Positions 50,954 through 63,571 of a stretch of DNA of 64,000 nt are shown here, one piece after another (position 1 is the first letter of the stretch; each line of letters starts with the position of its first letter). Both the position numbers and the translations under genes were made by a program. A model generated the notes under the pieces. It did no database searches and was not told the DNA's origin. It saw only the letters and a list, made by a program, of their open reading frames with translations. Location: contig NC_043003.1 of NCBI RefSeq assembly GCF_006345805.1, positions 40,920,001-40,984,000 of the forward strand, given 5' to 3'. The DNA is from Octopus sinensis. Taxonomy: Eukaryota.

Positions 50954-51799
50954 ATATATATGTATATATATGTATACACACACACACACATATATATATG
51001 TGTATATATAATATTATATATATATATTTACATGTATGGATGGATCTGCGATGGATCTATATATTTACATATATGTATGTGCGTGTGCGTTGGCGTGCTT
51101 GTATGCTTGTAGGTGTGTGTGTGTAAAAAGTCTACGTAATATATGTGAATACGTTTGCAATGTATAAAGAACGGATCTTGTTGCAAAGAACATTTGATAC
51201 TGTACAGTCATCCAAGTATCTGAACCGGTATGTAAATTAGTGACATAATATGACGTCATCGCCATGAAGACTTATGACAATCTTTAACCTTGGTAAATAG
51301 GTTTTTGACTGGTTAATTATCTTGCATTTCACGTGCTACAGACATCATCAATTATGTGCATACGATATATAAACACACCGTTGCACACACACACACAAAC
51401 ACACACACAGACACACAAACACACATACTCGACATCCGCTATCCATCTGCGAATGTAAGGATCTGTGTCCAATACACATGTTATATTTACACACACAATG
51501 CAAAAGTCTATGTAAATAACTGTTATATTCATAGAAATATAGAATCTATTATTCATGTATATATATTGTATATGACAAATAAATGATACATACATACATA
51601 CATACAAATATACACATATTTATGAATTATGTACGTATGTATGTATGTATAACGATAGAGCGTGAGAGACCGAGAATGAGTAAGAAAAAAAGAGTAAAGT
51701 CTTTGAATTGATTGACTGAGATATATTTTCTAATACATCAACAAATAAATGTACATGTTGATGTATAAGTGTAGATGCAGATGCAATTTCCTATATATA

Positions 51800-52161
<362 letters not shown>

Positions 52162-52544
52162 ATGTATGTATATATATATATATTTCAATTTAATACATAC
52201 AAACTCAGTCAGACACACTCGCACGCACACACACACACACACATATATATATATACATACCTTGTCGCGAGCGCGTGTGTGTATATTAGTATATACGAGT
52301 CACATATATCTACAGTGGAAAAGGCTATCCACTGGATTTGGTTAAAAAGAGACGATGAGCGACGGCTAGAAGAATATTTAGCTTTATTTGATAACCAGTT
52401 GATCTAGGAAGCGGGACCCCATATCAGTGGTGATGGTGGTAGTGGGGGGCGCATTGGTGCCGTCGAAAGGTAGGCCCCAAAACGGCGCGCTCTCTCTCCT
52501 GATGACCGAATACACTTGCTGGATTCCGGGATGTGGACCTTTTG

Positions 52545-52735
52545 GTATGTCTATGTTTGTCCCCTACCACTATCGCTTGACAACCGATGTGTTTACGTAC
52601 TCGTAACAAAGCTCTAGTACTTATAGAATAAGTACTAGGCTTACAAAGAATAAGTCCTGGCGTCGATGTGTTCGACTAAAGGCAGTACTCCAGCAAGGCC
52701 GCTGTCAAGTGACTGATACAAGTAAATGAGTAAAA
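52545..52735 (+). mobile_element. SINE family A, 3' half
   Basis: ATCGCTTGACAACCGATG...TAGAATAAGTACTAGGCTTACAAAG. Confidence 0.75.
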
Positions 52736-53094
52736 TAATAACAGAATATGTGTTAGCGTGTTTACGAATAAATGCTTTCTCAAGCTTACACACACACGTA
52801 TGTTTGCATATGAAGATTATTAGATAAGTTCATATTTTATAGAAAGTGCGATATTTAAGCTGATATAGCAAATAGAATAGATAAATAATAAATATATATG
52901 TATATGTGTGTGTGTGTGTGCGCGCGTCTCGGGTGTTTGGATGTACATATTTGTATATCTGTGTATGTGGGTATATATGTATAAATGAAAACATGTACAT
53001 TGTTTTATTATTGTAAGTGTAGACAAAACTTAGATGTTAATAGCGGGATGAAATTCAGTTATGCATAATGTGCCATACGCTAAGAACTCTACTA

Positions 53095-54060
53095 TCTTAC
53101 CCAATAGTAAATCTTTCTACTATGGGCACAAGGCCAGAAATTTAGGTTAAGGGAGCTAGTCGACTGCATTGACCCTACTGCTGAAATGGTACTTATTTCA
53201 TCAACCTCAAAAGGATGAAATGCAAAGTCAAACTCGGCGTAATTTGAGCTCAAAACGTATAGCCGGAAAATACGTATTTTCTCTAGCGTGCTATGTATAT
53301 GCAAATATATGTATATGTATACACATACATAGTCACATATATAGCACCATTTTACCTAAGCATTTTCCCGGCGTGCTAACGATTGTGCCAACTTGCCTAA
53401 TAATAATCCTTTCAGCCAAAAAACTCAAGTTTTGGGCGAGGGTGCTAGTAGATTACAGGATAAAACGCAATGTCGACCCCGGGAGAATATGAACTCAGAA
53501 CGCACAAGCGCTTTAAGCATTTTGCCCAGCGTGCTAATGATTCTACCAACTCGCCACCTTTCATACTATAGGCACAAGGCCTGAAATTTGGGAGCCGGGT
53601 ATAGTCGATTACATCGACCCCAGTACTCTACTGATACTTAATTTATCGACCCTGAAATGATGAAAGTCAAACTCGACATCGGCGGAATTTGAACACAGAA
53701 CGTAGCGACGGGCGAAATACCACCAAACATTTCATCCAGCGTGCTAACGATTCTGCCAGTTCGGTGTCTTTATTATAATAATGACGATGATTATACAATG
53801 ATGATAACAATGCTTTCTAATTTTGGCGTAAGGCTAGAAATTGTGAGAGCGAGAGAAGTAGCGGAACGCTTTTACTGGAATTAATTTTGATTTCAATTTT
53901 TCGCACGAGTTTAACAAGCACAGGGTCAGCAAGTCGATTACATTGACTCCGGTGTTCAACTGGTACTTATTTTATCGAACCCCAAAGGTACGAAAGACAG
54001 AGTTGATCTCGGTGGAATTTGAACTCAGAACGTGTAGACGGACGAAATGTATTTCAACAT
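53095..54060 (-). mobile_element. Cluster of 3-4 SINE family B copies and fragments
   Basis: Repeated CAGCGTGCTAACGATTCTGCCA, TTGAACTCAGAACG and GGTACTTATTTTATCGA segments. Confidence 0.75.
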
Positions 54061-54100
54061 TTTGTCCAGCTTAACAATAACTGCAATAATAGATCATTTA

Positions 54101-54310
54101 TAAGGCGGCGAGCCGGAAGAAACGTTAGCACGCCGGGCGAAATGCTTAGCGCTATTTCGTCTGGTCTTTGCGTTCTGAGTTCAAATTACGCCGAGGTCGA
54201 CTTTGCCTTTCATCCTTTCGGGGACGATAAATTAAGTACCAGTTGCGTACTGGAGTTGATCTAATTGACTGGCCCCCTTACCCAAAATTTCGGGGGCCTT
54301 GTACTGAGAG
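54101..54310 (+). mobile_element. SINE family B, near-consensus
   Basis: AAGGCGGCGAGCCGG head through GGGGCCTTGTACT. Confidence 0.85.
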
Positions 54311-55254
54311 TAGAAGAGAATAATAGATCATTTATATTTATATGCAAATACATGTACATACGCACAAGCATACGCACCTCTCGCTCTCACACATGTAGCA
54401 ACATTTTATTTTATTCACTCTACCCCCGTACACTCAGTTTAGTTGTGCGTAATGCACAAGGAAGAGGACTTCTGGATATTAGAGAAGTTGATATACAAAT
54501 GATTATTTACAAAATAATAGAGCCCCATTACCAGTATGATGGGACTGTAGAGAGATACCTGTCTACAAGCATAAAGATAACTATGCTTACAATTGTAGAA
54601 ATACTTATATAAACAGTATTTGAATATTTACTTGTACCCTATCTCTAATCTTCTTGCTCATTTGGCATTTACTTCATACGTCTATGCCCCAAATTTTCTA
54701 GTGTACCTGAACATGTGTGTATGTGTGTGTTTGTGTGTTTGCGTGCATGGCGTGTGTGTACACATACTCATGCTCTCTCTCTCTCTCTCATATACACAGA
54801 CACCTATATAAACATAAGCAAATAACTCCGTAAGGAGTGATTTGGGCGGAAGTACCGTAATCTTTGTGATCATTTGTTGTTAAGTGATGAATGACATGTC
54901 TGTCAATTACAAGCTGTGTATGATATTATATATATATTTCATAAAAACAAAACACGTAAGCATGTAGCCAAGGGAACGATTATATTGTTTCTAGCTGAGA
55001 ATGATAACTAAACGTTTTTCTGACTCTTTCTTCGAATCCCCAAATCTATTTTCCAAACATTCCCCGGATACATTTCCAGCTCTGAAATTACTCCAAAGAA
55101 TTCGTTAACGTGAAAATAGAGTGAAATAAAACAAATATGCATTCACACAGGGCGTTGTACCTTTTCTGTATGTAATATCCTGGTGTTCAAGCATTCATTA
55201 TCTTCACGATCGTCGATCTACTTACTAGGTGATACCTACTGGACAACATTTACT

Positions 55255-55390
55255 GTAAACTTACTGTATATCTGTGTGTCTCTTTGTGCTTCTGTTTGTT
55301 TGCCACCATCACTTGACAGCCGGTGTTGCCGTGTTTATGTCTCCGTAATTTAGCGGTTCAGCAAAAGATGCCCATTATACCAGGTTTAAA
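55255..55390 (+). mobile_element. SINE family A, 3' fragment
   Basis: ACTTGACAGCCGGTGTTG...TTAGCGGTTCAGCAAAAGA. Confidence 0.6.
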
Positions 55391-55431
55391 AAATACATAT
55401 ACGTATATATATGTATATATATATATATGTG

Positions 55432-55524
<93 letters not shown>

Positions 55525-55528
<4 letters not shown>

Positions 55529-56062
55529 TCCGTAATAATGAAGGGTGAAATTAATTAATTTGGAAAAATTATCAATTACACCAAGTAGTCTTCGGCATGT
55601 AAAAGCCTCATTCGAGGAAAATTTAAGTAATACTAAGCAATAAGGGTTTAGCAACGAGTTGCCTTACCACATACCGAATTTAGAAATAGCAGTCAAAGGG
55701 TTATAGCTATTTCTTCTACAAAAAAGGGAGATCTCAGTAAAAACAGCATTTGGAAGGCAGACACAAACAGGTAAGAGAGAATGAATTGACTGCAATCTAT
55801 CATAATTTTTTTAGTTATCCACGGACGTACGTTTCGAAATCCACGGACGTACATTTCGAACGTACGTCCGTGGATAACTAAAAAAATGTATGATAGATTG
55901 CAGTCAATTCATTCTCTCTTACCTGTTTGTGTCTGCCTTCCAAATGCTGTTTTACTGAGATCTCCCTTTTTTGTAGAAGAAATAGCTATAACCCTTTGAC
56001 TGCTATTTCTAAATTCGGTATGTGGTAAGGCAACTCGTTGCTAAACCCTTATTGCTTAGTAT
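55525..56062 (-). mobile_element. Foldback PLE-like element with a hammerhead 3' half at the centre and a ~105-bp tail
   Basis: Near-perfect arms 55630-55835 and 55857-56062. The minus strand reads GAAA-CGTACG-TC-CGTGG at 55835-55819. Flanked by TA repeats. Confidence 0.75.
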
Positions 56063-56771
56063 ATATATATATATATATATATACGTATATATATGTGTAT
56101 ATCATTATATCATTATTTGATTGAACGCCACGCATCCAGTTCTAAGTAAGTTTATCTTAACCTTTTTCATGCTACACTACTCTATAATATTTTCTCTCTC
56201 ATCCTTCCTCTAATTCCCTTTTTTCTCCCCATCACCGCTTTCTATGTGTCTCTCTCACTCTCTCTCTCTCTTTCTCCTGTTCTCTCTCTTTCTCATTCTT
56301 TTTCTCACTCGTCTATCTTTATTTTTCTAACATGATCATCATTCTTTTCTTTCAGGCCTGTCTTAAGAACTGGACGTATCCCATATCTGTCTTCTATATT
56401 TTCTCTATTCAGAGAAAGTATTTCTTCAGCGTTCGCTATTTTACTCTCGTTCTAGTCTAACAACCCTCCATTTTTATTTTCTTTGGGTTTCCTAGTATTT
56501 CTCCTCTGTCCTGTTTTTGTTCCCAACTTTGACCCTCCATACATCCCAAAATTTATTTTGGTACTTATGGGAGCAACTGTCTTCGAAGACTCGTATTGTC
56601 GTTCAATGCTCGAAATGAGGAGTTGATAGACAGCTGACAGCGGATGAATGGTCGTTCTTTATGTTACTCGTCCTGTTTTCCATTTGTTTCTCTCGTTCAT
56701 TGCGTATTGAACTCATTTGATTTCGTATTTCCTGTTGGTTACTGTTTATGACGTCCTGTACCCATTTATGA

Positions 56772-56877
<106 letters not shown>

Positions 56878-57189
56878 TGTATGTATGTATGTATGTATGT
56901 ATGTATGTATGTATGTATGAATGTATGTATGTATGCATGCAGAAATGCTTCGATTTAGAAGTTAATTTGTTCCCGGACACTATTCGTAAGCAAAATAAAC
57001 CTAGTAAAACGTCATGAACACGAGGTCTCGTAAAGCGGGTCGTCGTAAAGTGATGTATTACTGTATATACATATATCACAAAGGCAACTAAAGTTCCGCC
57101 CTGAGCCTTAGGCTCATAGAGCCGATTCCCCGGATTTTGTTGGTTATATGTTTCCCCTCTGCACAGGACATCGAGTCGTCACAGGGTTA

Positions 57190-57335
57190 ATCACTTTTGC
57201 CAACTGAATTAACTGGGGCAACGCGAAAGGACGTGTTTTGCTGAAGAACAAATCGCATCGCCGGGTCCGGGAATCGTAACCGCAACCTTACAATTATGAT
57301 ATCAACACCGTAACCATTAGGCTACGCGCTTTCTC
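57190..57335 (-). mobile_element. SINE family C, 5' tRNA-like head
   Basis: GCGTAGCCTAATGGTTACGGTG A-box and GGTTACGATTCCCGG B-box-like segment. Confidence 0.65.
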
Positions 57336-57625
57336 CCGCCACACAACCACACACACGTACACACAGATATGTATATGTATGTAGTTATGTATATATGTAT
57401 TTATGTATGCATAGGCAGACACATCGCTAAGATTGTAGGTTTTTATTTGACTAGTAAATTTATTTGACCTTTCGACAGATATGAAATAAAAACTGCATGA
57501 AATCCACTTGAACTCATGAATGTTGGCTCACAGAATATCACATTTTCATTAGTGAAACTAGATAAAATAAGAATCTTACTCCGTAATCTATGTATGCACA
57601 CACACTCACATATTCTTTCATGTAA

Positions 57626-57662
<37 letters not shown>

Positions 57663-57771
57663 GTGTGTGTGTGTGTGTGTGTGTTTGTATACACAGATGT
57701 AAATACATATATATATATATGTATATATACATTTATATGCCTCAAAACCTGCCAAAACTGAATACGTGTAA

Positions 57772-57813
<42 letters not shown>

Positions 57814-57978
57814 ACACGCACATATACATATATGTAAGTAAATCCATTGATATAAATACGGAAAACTTACGAGACGAAATATAGTTAATTAAATGCTCAC
57901 TTGTATTTCGCCGGTCGTACTTAACAACCCTAGAGGTAAGAAAAGCTATGCCAAAACCCAGCGGTATTTTGAACTTAC

Positions 57979-58146
57979 GAAGTGTACCACGAGGCATATT
58001 CCACACCACTCTCCAAGCTGTTGCCATCTACCCACCACCAGACCCGAAAGAAAATAAATTGAATTCATAAAATACAGCACGTTGCTGTGTAGCCCGAGGT
58101 TAATAATCGAAAAGTAGAATTTGTCAAGAAACGAATCGGTATATCT
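57979..58146 (-). CDS. Candidate internal coding exon (56 codons, hydrophobic), product unknown
   Basis: Acceptor TTTCTGTGACTTTGTAG| and donor TTC|GTAAGT, 168 nt. Only frame 0 is open: RYTDSFLDKFYFSIINLGLHSNVLYFMNSIYFLSGLVVGRWQQLGEWCGICLVVHF. Confidence 0.45.
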
Positions 58147-58364
58147 CTACAAAGTCACAGAAACTGATTAAAGCTGTAATCTTCTCATTTATAAAGTTCA
58201 TGTTAACGTTTTACAAATCAAGTATGATATACAATTATGATATAACTGAAAACTAAACAGGATGGTCACGGTTGGTATGTTGTTAGACAATAACTGATTC
58301 GGTTATATTGGTTGTGACAGTTATACTATGTTTAATGTTTAAACCTAAAACAATCCTATCTATT

Positions 58365-58510
58365 ATAGACACAAGGCCTGGAGTTTGGGAGAGGGTGATA
58401 GATGATTACATCGACCCCACTGCTCAATTGGTACTTGATTTATCAACCCCGAAAAGATGAAAGGCGGAGTCGACCCCGACCGAATTAAACCTAAAATAAT
58501 GCCGAAAGTG
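58365..58510 (-). mobile_element. SINE family B, 3' part
   Basis: GATTACATCGACCCC...GGTACTTGATTTATCAACCCCGAAAAGATGAAAGGC. Confidence 0.75.
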
Positions 58511-58569
58511 TAGCAATTGTTGTAAATCATTTTTGAACCAAGTAACCTGCAATCCGACACATCACGTAA

Positions 58570-58736
58570 TTTATGACTATGTAAGCTGTCTTGGCAAACG
58601 CGAGGTCTTCGGGTTTATTCCTACAGCGTGGCAGCTCGGACAGGTGCCTTCTAATACAGTCGCGACCCGAGTGAGTGAATTTGGTAGATAGGAAATGTGG
58701 AAACCCGTCGCATACATGCATACATACATACATACA

Positions 58737-58770
<34 letters not shown>

Positions 58771-58786
58771 CATACATACATACATG

Positions 58787-58836
<50 letters not shown>

Positions 58837-59055
58837 TATATACATGTATGTATGTGCGTATGTGTGTTTTTGTGTGTGACGACCAATCGGTATTCCTTTG
58901 TTTACATCCTCCAAACTTAGTGGTTCGTGAACAAATCTAGATTGAATAGGTATTGGACTAAAAGAAAAAAGCAAGTACTGGGTTCGATTGATTTGAATAC
59001 AACACTAAAAGCTGTGCTCCATCATGCTAGCAGTCCAGCTGCTGAAACGCGTAAC
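58570..59055 (+). mobile_element. SINE family A, old copy with expanded internal microsatellite
   Basis: GTGAATTTGGTAGA...CTTAGTGGTTCG...GCTGTGCTCCATCATG. Confidence 0.65.
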
Positions 59056-59169
59056 AGATCATATATGTACATATTTACAAATATAGGCGTGACTGTGTGG
59101 TAAGAATAGGTGCAGAAGTGGCTGTGCGGTAAAAATCCCGCTTCCGGGTACGGTAGTTCAGTTGTCTTC

Positions 59170-60890
59170 ATTGTATTATCGAAGTTGTCACGCTGGCTTG
59201 CAGCGGACGAAAGTTGTTACTGAAAGAGGATCTACTGTAAGGTAAGACTTTCGGCTTTTTGGGCACAGTGGGGGTTCGTTTTTGTGATACTTATTTTTTC
59301 TACAAGCTAGGAGTCCTCACTGGATTCTGGGCTTTGATCTGCTTGCAGTAGAGCATTTTGTTTTTCTCACTTGTGAGAATTGCTGTTTGGAGGCGTATCC
59401 CGCCTGCAATTTAATTTGAGAATTGTGTTATTCTCAATTATTTGTGAGAACTGTTCCTGTTTAATTTCGTAGGATTTTTTGAGAAATAATTTTGAGAAGC
59501 TGTTTTCCAGTTGAAGGCCGGGAGTTCCGTGTCGCCAAAAATTTTTTTGCCATGTTTCGAACATTCGCTGTCTCTTCTCTCTTTTATATTAGAAACGCTG
59601 TATTGAACTGTTTATTTTATTTTTTCTTCCTCTCTTTTTGTTTTTGTTTTTTTTTATTATTTGAATTTTTGCGAACTGTGTTTTGAACTGTTTATTCTTT
59701 TCACATGGCAAAGCACAAAGATTAATTTATGGAATGAGAAATAACACCACCCCAAAAATGGTTGCAGGAAGTTGAAAAGAAGACGGTGGTGTTGAGGACT
59801 TACTCCAAGTCCCTCGACACCATCGCCCTCTTTGAGAAAAAAGATGGAGAAGGATTTGGCAGAATATATGCCAACCATTAAGTTTATCTCTCAGGGGGTT
59901 AAATATGCAACGGTGTGTTTGCTGTTTGACTCCCCCGAAGAGGCTTGCGTATTCGCGAGCCAACCCCTGGAGGGCAATGAAATTTTGTTTCTTCCCACTT
60001 ATTGTGGGAAGAAGTTGACGAGGGCTTGGGTCTGCGGTGTGCCACCCGGAATTGAGTCCGAGTGGATAGCGGATACTATCCTCCAGGGTCTGGGTGGCAG
60101 CAGTACCAACCTCCTAAATGTGAACATTCTGCCTGCGGCTTATTCGGAGGGGTCAAAAGCTGTCTTAACCCTCTGGACCCAATCAGCTGAAAATCTGGGA
60201 TTTCCAAATTTTTAAAGAATGGCCGGGTCTAGGTATCCGGTGATACTTGAGGGACGCCCCGCAAGTGTCACCTGTGCCTGGAACCGGGCCATATCAAAAA
60301 GAACTTCCCTAAGGACCAAAATAAGGTCCTGGAGCAGTTGATAAAGATACCGCACCCTGCTCCCTCATTGGAGGGATAGGAGGAGGAAAAAGGAAAAAAT
60401 GAAAGATGGTCAACAATGGTTGCCCGTCGAAGGATCCGATAGCTGTGGGAGGAAGGGAGGATCTGCTGGACAAATCGGAGGGACACCACCCTCCCGTGGC
60501 TCATGGAAAAAAAGAAAAAAGAAAAACGGGACATTGCCGGCGGTTTGTGATACACTGCCGGCGTGTCCCGAAGTACCTTCCATGGGAGTTGTGCCACCGA
60601 AGGTGGAAACTGTAGGAGTTTGTGGTCTTCTTCCATAAGGGAGGGAGAATAGATAACTTCATTAAAAAGTTTAAAAGGAAGAGCCGAAGACGGGATTCTC
60701 TCCTGCACGGAGGACCTGACTGGCCTTCGCATGTGGCTGCGGAGGTCATATGGGAAACGGATCTGTACTGGATAAGGAACGTCTCCCAAGAGGACACATT
60801 TAATTTTGTATTAAAGCGGCTCGACTTGACACCGTTCAGGTGTTTGACCAAAGCGAGAAGTCTAGTCGGGCAGGAAGATTTGTAACTAAT
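59170..60890 (+). mobile_element. L1/Tx1-like LINE 5' region: gag-like ORF1 remnant, no ORF2
   Basis: 127-aa ORF at 59832-60215, then after frameshifts VILEGRP and CHLCLEPGHIKKNF (a CCHC knuckle with the last Cys mutated). Clade is an inference. Confidence 0.55.
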
Positions 60891-60927
60891 TAAAGTAAGA
60901 GGCTTGGTGCCTCATTTGTATTGTTTC

Positions 60928-61017
60928 ATCGTCGCAAGTAGCTTTTGCGGCCTTAGAACCTTGATTAAAAGCAAAAAGGTGTCGAAAATGCTCGTTTTTC
61001 TTAACTTGACGTTACAT
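60928..61017 (-). pseudogene. Mariner transposase N-terminal fragment
   Basis: M*RQVKKNEHFRHLFAFNQGSKAAKAT matches the mariner HTH start EHFRHLLLFAFNQG. Confidence 0.7.
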
Positions 61018-61149
61018 TTTAATGACCTGAAAATAAACAAAAATTAACTAAAATTAACTAGAAAAAAAATTCCAAAATGATTGAAAAATAGAATTCTCGA
61101 CAAAAATAGATTCCAAAATTTAAAAACGCAATAAATCCAAAATTTTAAA

Positions 61150-61350
61150 AAAGTGGCAGGAACTTGTTGCCAACCCAATACATAGATTTCTCCATCTTCA
61201 CAGATGATAGCAATCTCCTCGTGCTTCCTCGTTTTCAATAGCCTCTCTAACTTTCCGTCCATCGACTCTCAGACTAATGTCTTGCTCCGTTGCAGATGTG
61301 TCTGGTTTCAAGTAGCTTCCAATTAGTCCGGTTAGAAAGTGTCGCTACTC
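61150..61350 (-). pseudogene. Possible second PLE GIY-YIG C-terminal remnant
   Basis: HFLTG...ATEQD...RKVREAIE resembles the PLE endonuclease motif H..TGH.I.W...ILA.E...R.IREAIEI. Confidence 0.45.
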
Positions 61351-63254
61351 GTTTATTGCCATAAGATTTTCAGTTGATGGAATGGCAGACGAGGTCAACA
61401 TAAATAGACATATGTACATCATTGGATTATAGTGATAAACGATTGTGAACCACGAGCTGCAGTCTCTGCGTGTACGAGATTAGTACCAAGTGACAGACGA
61501 GCCGTAAATATGTGAAAGCACAGGTTTCGCGTCAGACTATTTCCGTCCTAGAAGGTTGCAGTGGCAACAGCTAGGCGTCCCTCACTCATAGTTGTTTTAC
61601 TGCGCACTTTGCAACCAACCAATGGTATTTCAACGTCACCGTGTTCATATGGACTGTCACATATGCTAGTTAACCCATGTCTGTTACTCTGACAAATGCT
61701 GCTACTCCAGGTCAGAGTAGATCTGGGAACAACAGTGGCTAAGAGGTTATTTCACGCTCATCAAGATCCTGGAATTTCCGGACGAGAGTTGTGGTTGGTG
61801 GTAAGGTGCGCAGATAAAAGTCATACTAACAAGCAGCCAGACTCCTTCAAATCAAGCCTTTTTAATAAAAAGGAATGGTTGAAGACAGATTGTACAATTA
61901 ATATCCGTGCCGCTATGTTAAAGCAGTATCTTTATCCTTTTAAAGTAAATATATCCTCATGAATATATGTAATTCAATGACGTTAGTATTTGATTGTTTT
62001 GTGTTGTATTCCAGAATGTTCAGCGTTGTGTTTGTGTGTTACAGTAACGTGGTTTAATTTGTTATCTTAGCTGCGTATTTTGTGAGCAGTGCGATATATT
62101 TTTTCTCGTAATGTATTTCAGTAGTTTCTCTTGCTTTTGTAATTGCGTGTGAAACAAGATCGACGTTGGATTTAGGAATTTAATAAGAAAAAACATTAGA
62201 CTATTTTTATATTTTTGTGTTGCAGTCTATGAGGATTCGTGCTGTATAAAGACAAGCATCTCGTAACCTTTATTTGTGTTTTAGTCTGAAGTTTACTGTT
62301 TTGAAGATCTCACAATTTATACATATTTATTGCTTGTTTAGCGTAGATACATTTCCTTGGAAATTTTTCATGTATAATGTTCTCGGATATTTGACCTTCA
62401 TGTTTTTTCCTCTGTCGCTTACCATTTTTATTTGTCAAACAATGGTATATTGCTATTCATCCCATGTGTTATTTTTCTTCTGGTCTGTTATATGCTTTTG
62501 TTTTTATGATTGAAATTTGTAATGTAGTTTTCTTCTGTTTAGGATAGTAGGAAAATTTCAAGGGAGATTTGACAGCCTATTAGTATGTCTAGCGAATGTA
62601 ACAATGTCCTTTGCGTGTACTGTTCATATGTGATGTTGTTTTTGGCATGTTTCAGGAAGAGTGTGTTTGTAATGATGGCAGGTAAGATCATGGTATTACG
62701 AGTTAGATGTTTACAGTGGTGTGCGGTTATTTTTGATACGTTTCACATTGGGTTTTCTGAATGTTCTTTTGCTCTTATTGATTTCTCTCTACCGCTTTTG
62801 AGCCCATAGAATTAAACTGAGAAGTGTTCCAGATGTGGCCACTCCTTCTTTTGTCAAAGTGTCAAATGTCGCCGCGTAGTCATTTATAAAAAGTAACGTG
62901 TATTTGTCATTTAAAGGTAACTAGACTGCTATTTCTTGCAGGCAGTGTGACCACTTGGAGATAAAACGTGAAAATGTTCCTATTATTGTGCTGACATCTT
63001 TGACTAGTAAGAGAATATATTCTTACATACTTATACTTGTTTCAATAATAGGTTTGTGGCAATAAACAGCCATGAAAAATTTGGCCATTCAGATAACTTA
63101 TAGTTGGGTACATATTCTATTGATCCTTTTGTCGAATCACTAAATTACATGGAAAAAGAAACATGCACCAGTTGTCAAGTGATTGTGGTCAAACACAAAG
63201 ATACGCACACAACAATACCTACCTACCTACCTACCTACCTACATACATACCTAC

Positions 63255-63507
63255 AACCTTCCCGTTATATATCACGTGCTCACGTGGTCTCACTTTTATC
63301 CTATATTCTACCACTAACTTCTCCTTGTTTCTTTTCTGTGTATCTTTCTGTCGAAGAGCGTAGGCTCGAAACGTAAAAGACTTGTTTTATTTTTATTCCC
63401 GATCGCCATACTAATAAAATTGTTTGTTTGTACTCCACCAACCTTCGTCTTTTGTTTATTTTCGTAAACCTGCCTTCGTCTTTTGTTTATTTTCGTAAAC
63501 CTTCCCG

Positions 63508-63510
<3 letters not shown>
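63255..63510 (+). mobile_element. ORF-less PLE/retrozyme-like element with a 13-bp terminal redundancy
   Basis: AACCTTCCCGTTA at 63255-63267 and 63498-63510, an internal ~33-bp duplication, and the HHR at 63343-63380. Confidence 0.65.
63343..63380 (+). ncRNA. Minimal type I hammerhead motif (A6U, extra A after A9)
   Basis: Identical to the motif at 1011-1048. Confidence 0.6.
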
Positions 63511-63538
<28 letters not shown>

Positions 63539-63540
63539 CA

Positions 63541-63571
<31 letters not shown>

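Noticed and set aside
51065-51265. Open frames on both strands in unique sequence
   Set aside because: Weak acceptors and ambiguous strand.
52313-52335. CAGTGGAAAAGGC resembling the U3-A8 core
   Set aside because: Truncated, with no GAAA or stem III half.
54405-54612. Protein-like frame VVRNAQGRGLLDIREVDIQ...
   Set aside because: An acceptor is present but there is no clear donor or known motif.
58000-58050. WWWVDGNSLESGVEYASW reading, like a C-type lectin motif
   Set aside because: That frame has a TGA shortly upstream and no splice acceptor after it.
62800-62925. Minus-strand frame LPLNDKYTLLFINDYAATFDTLTKEG...
   Set aside because: Poor polypyrimidine tract; insufficient support as an exon.
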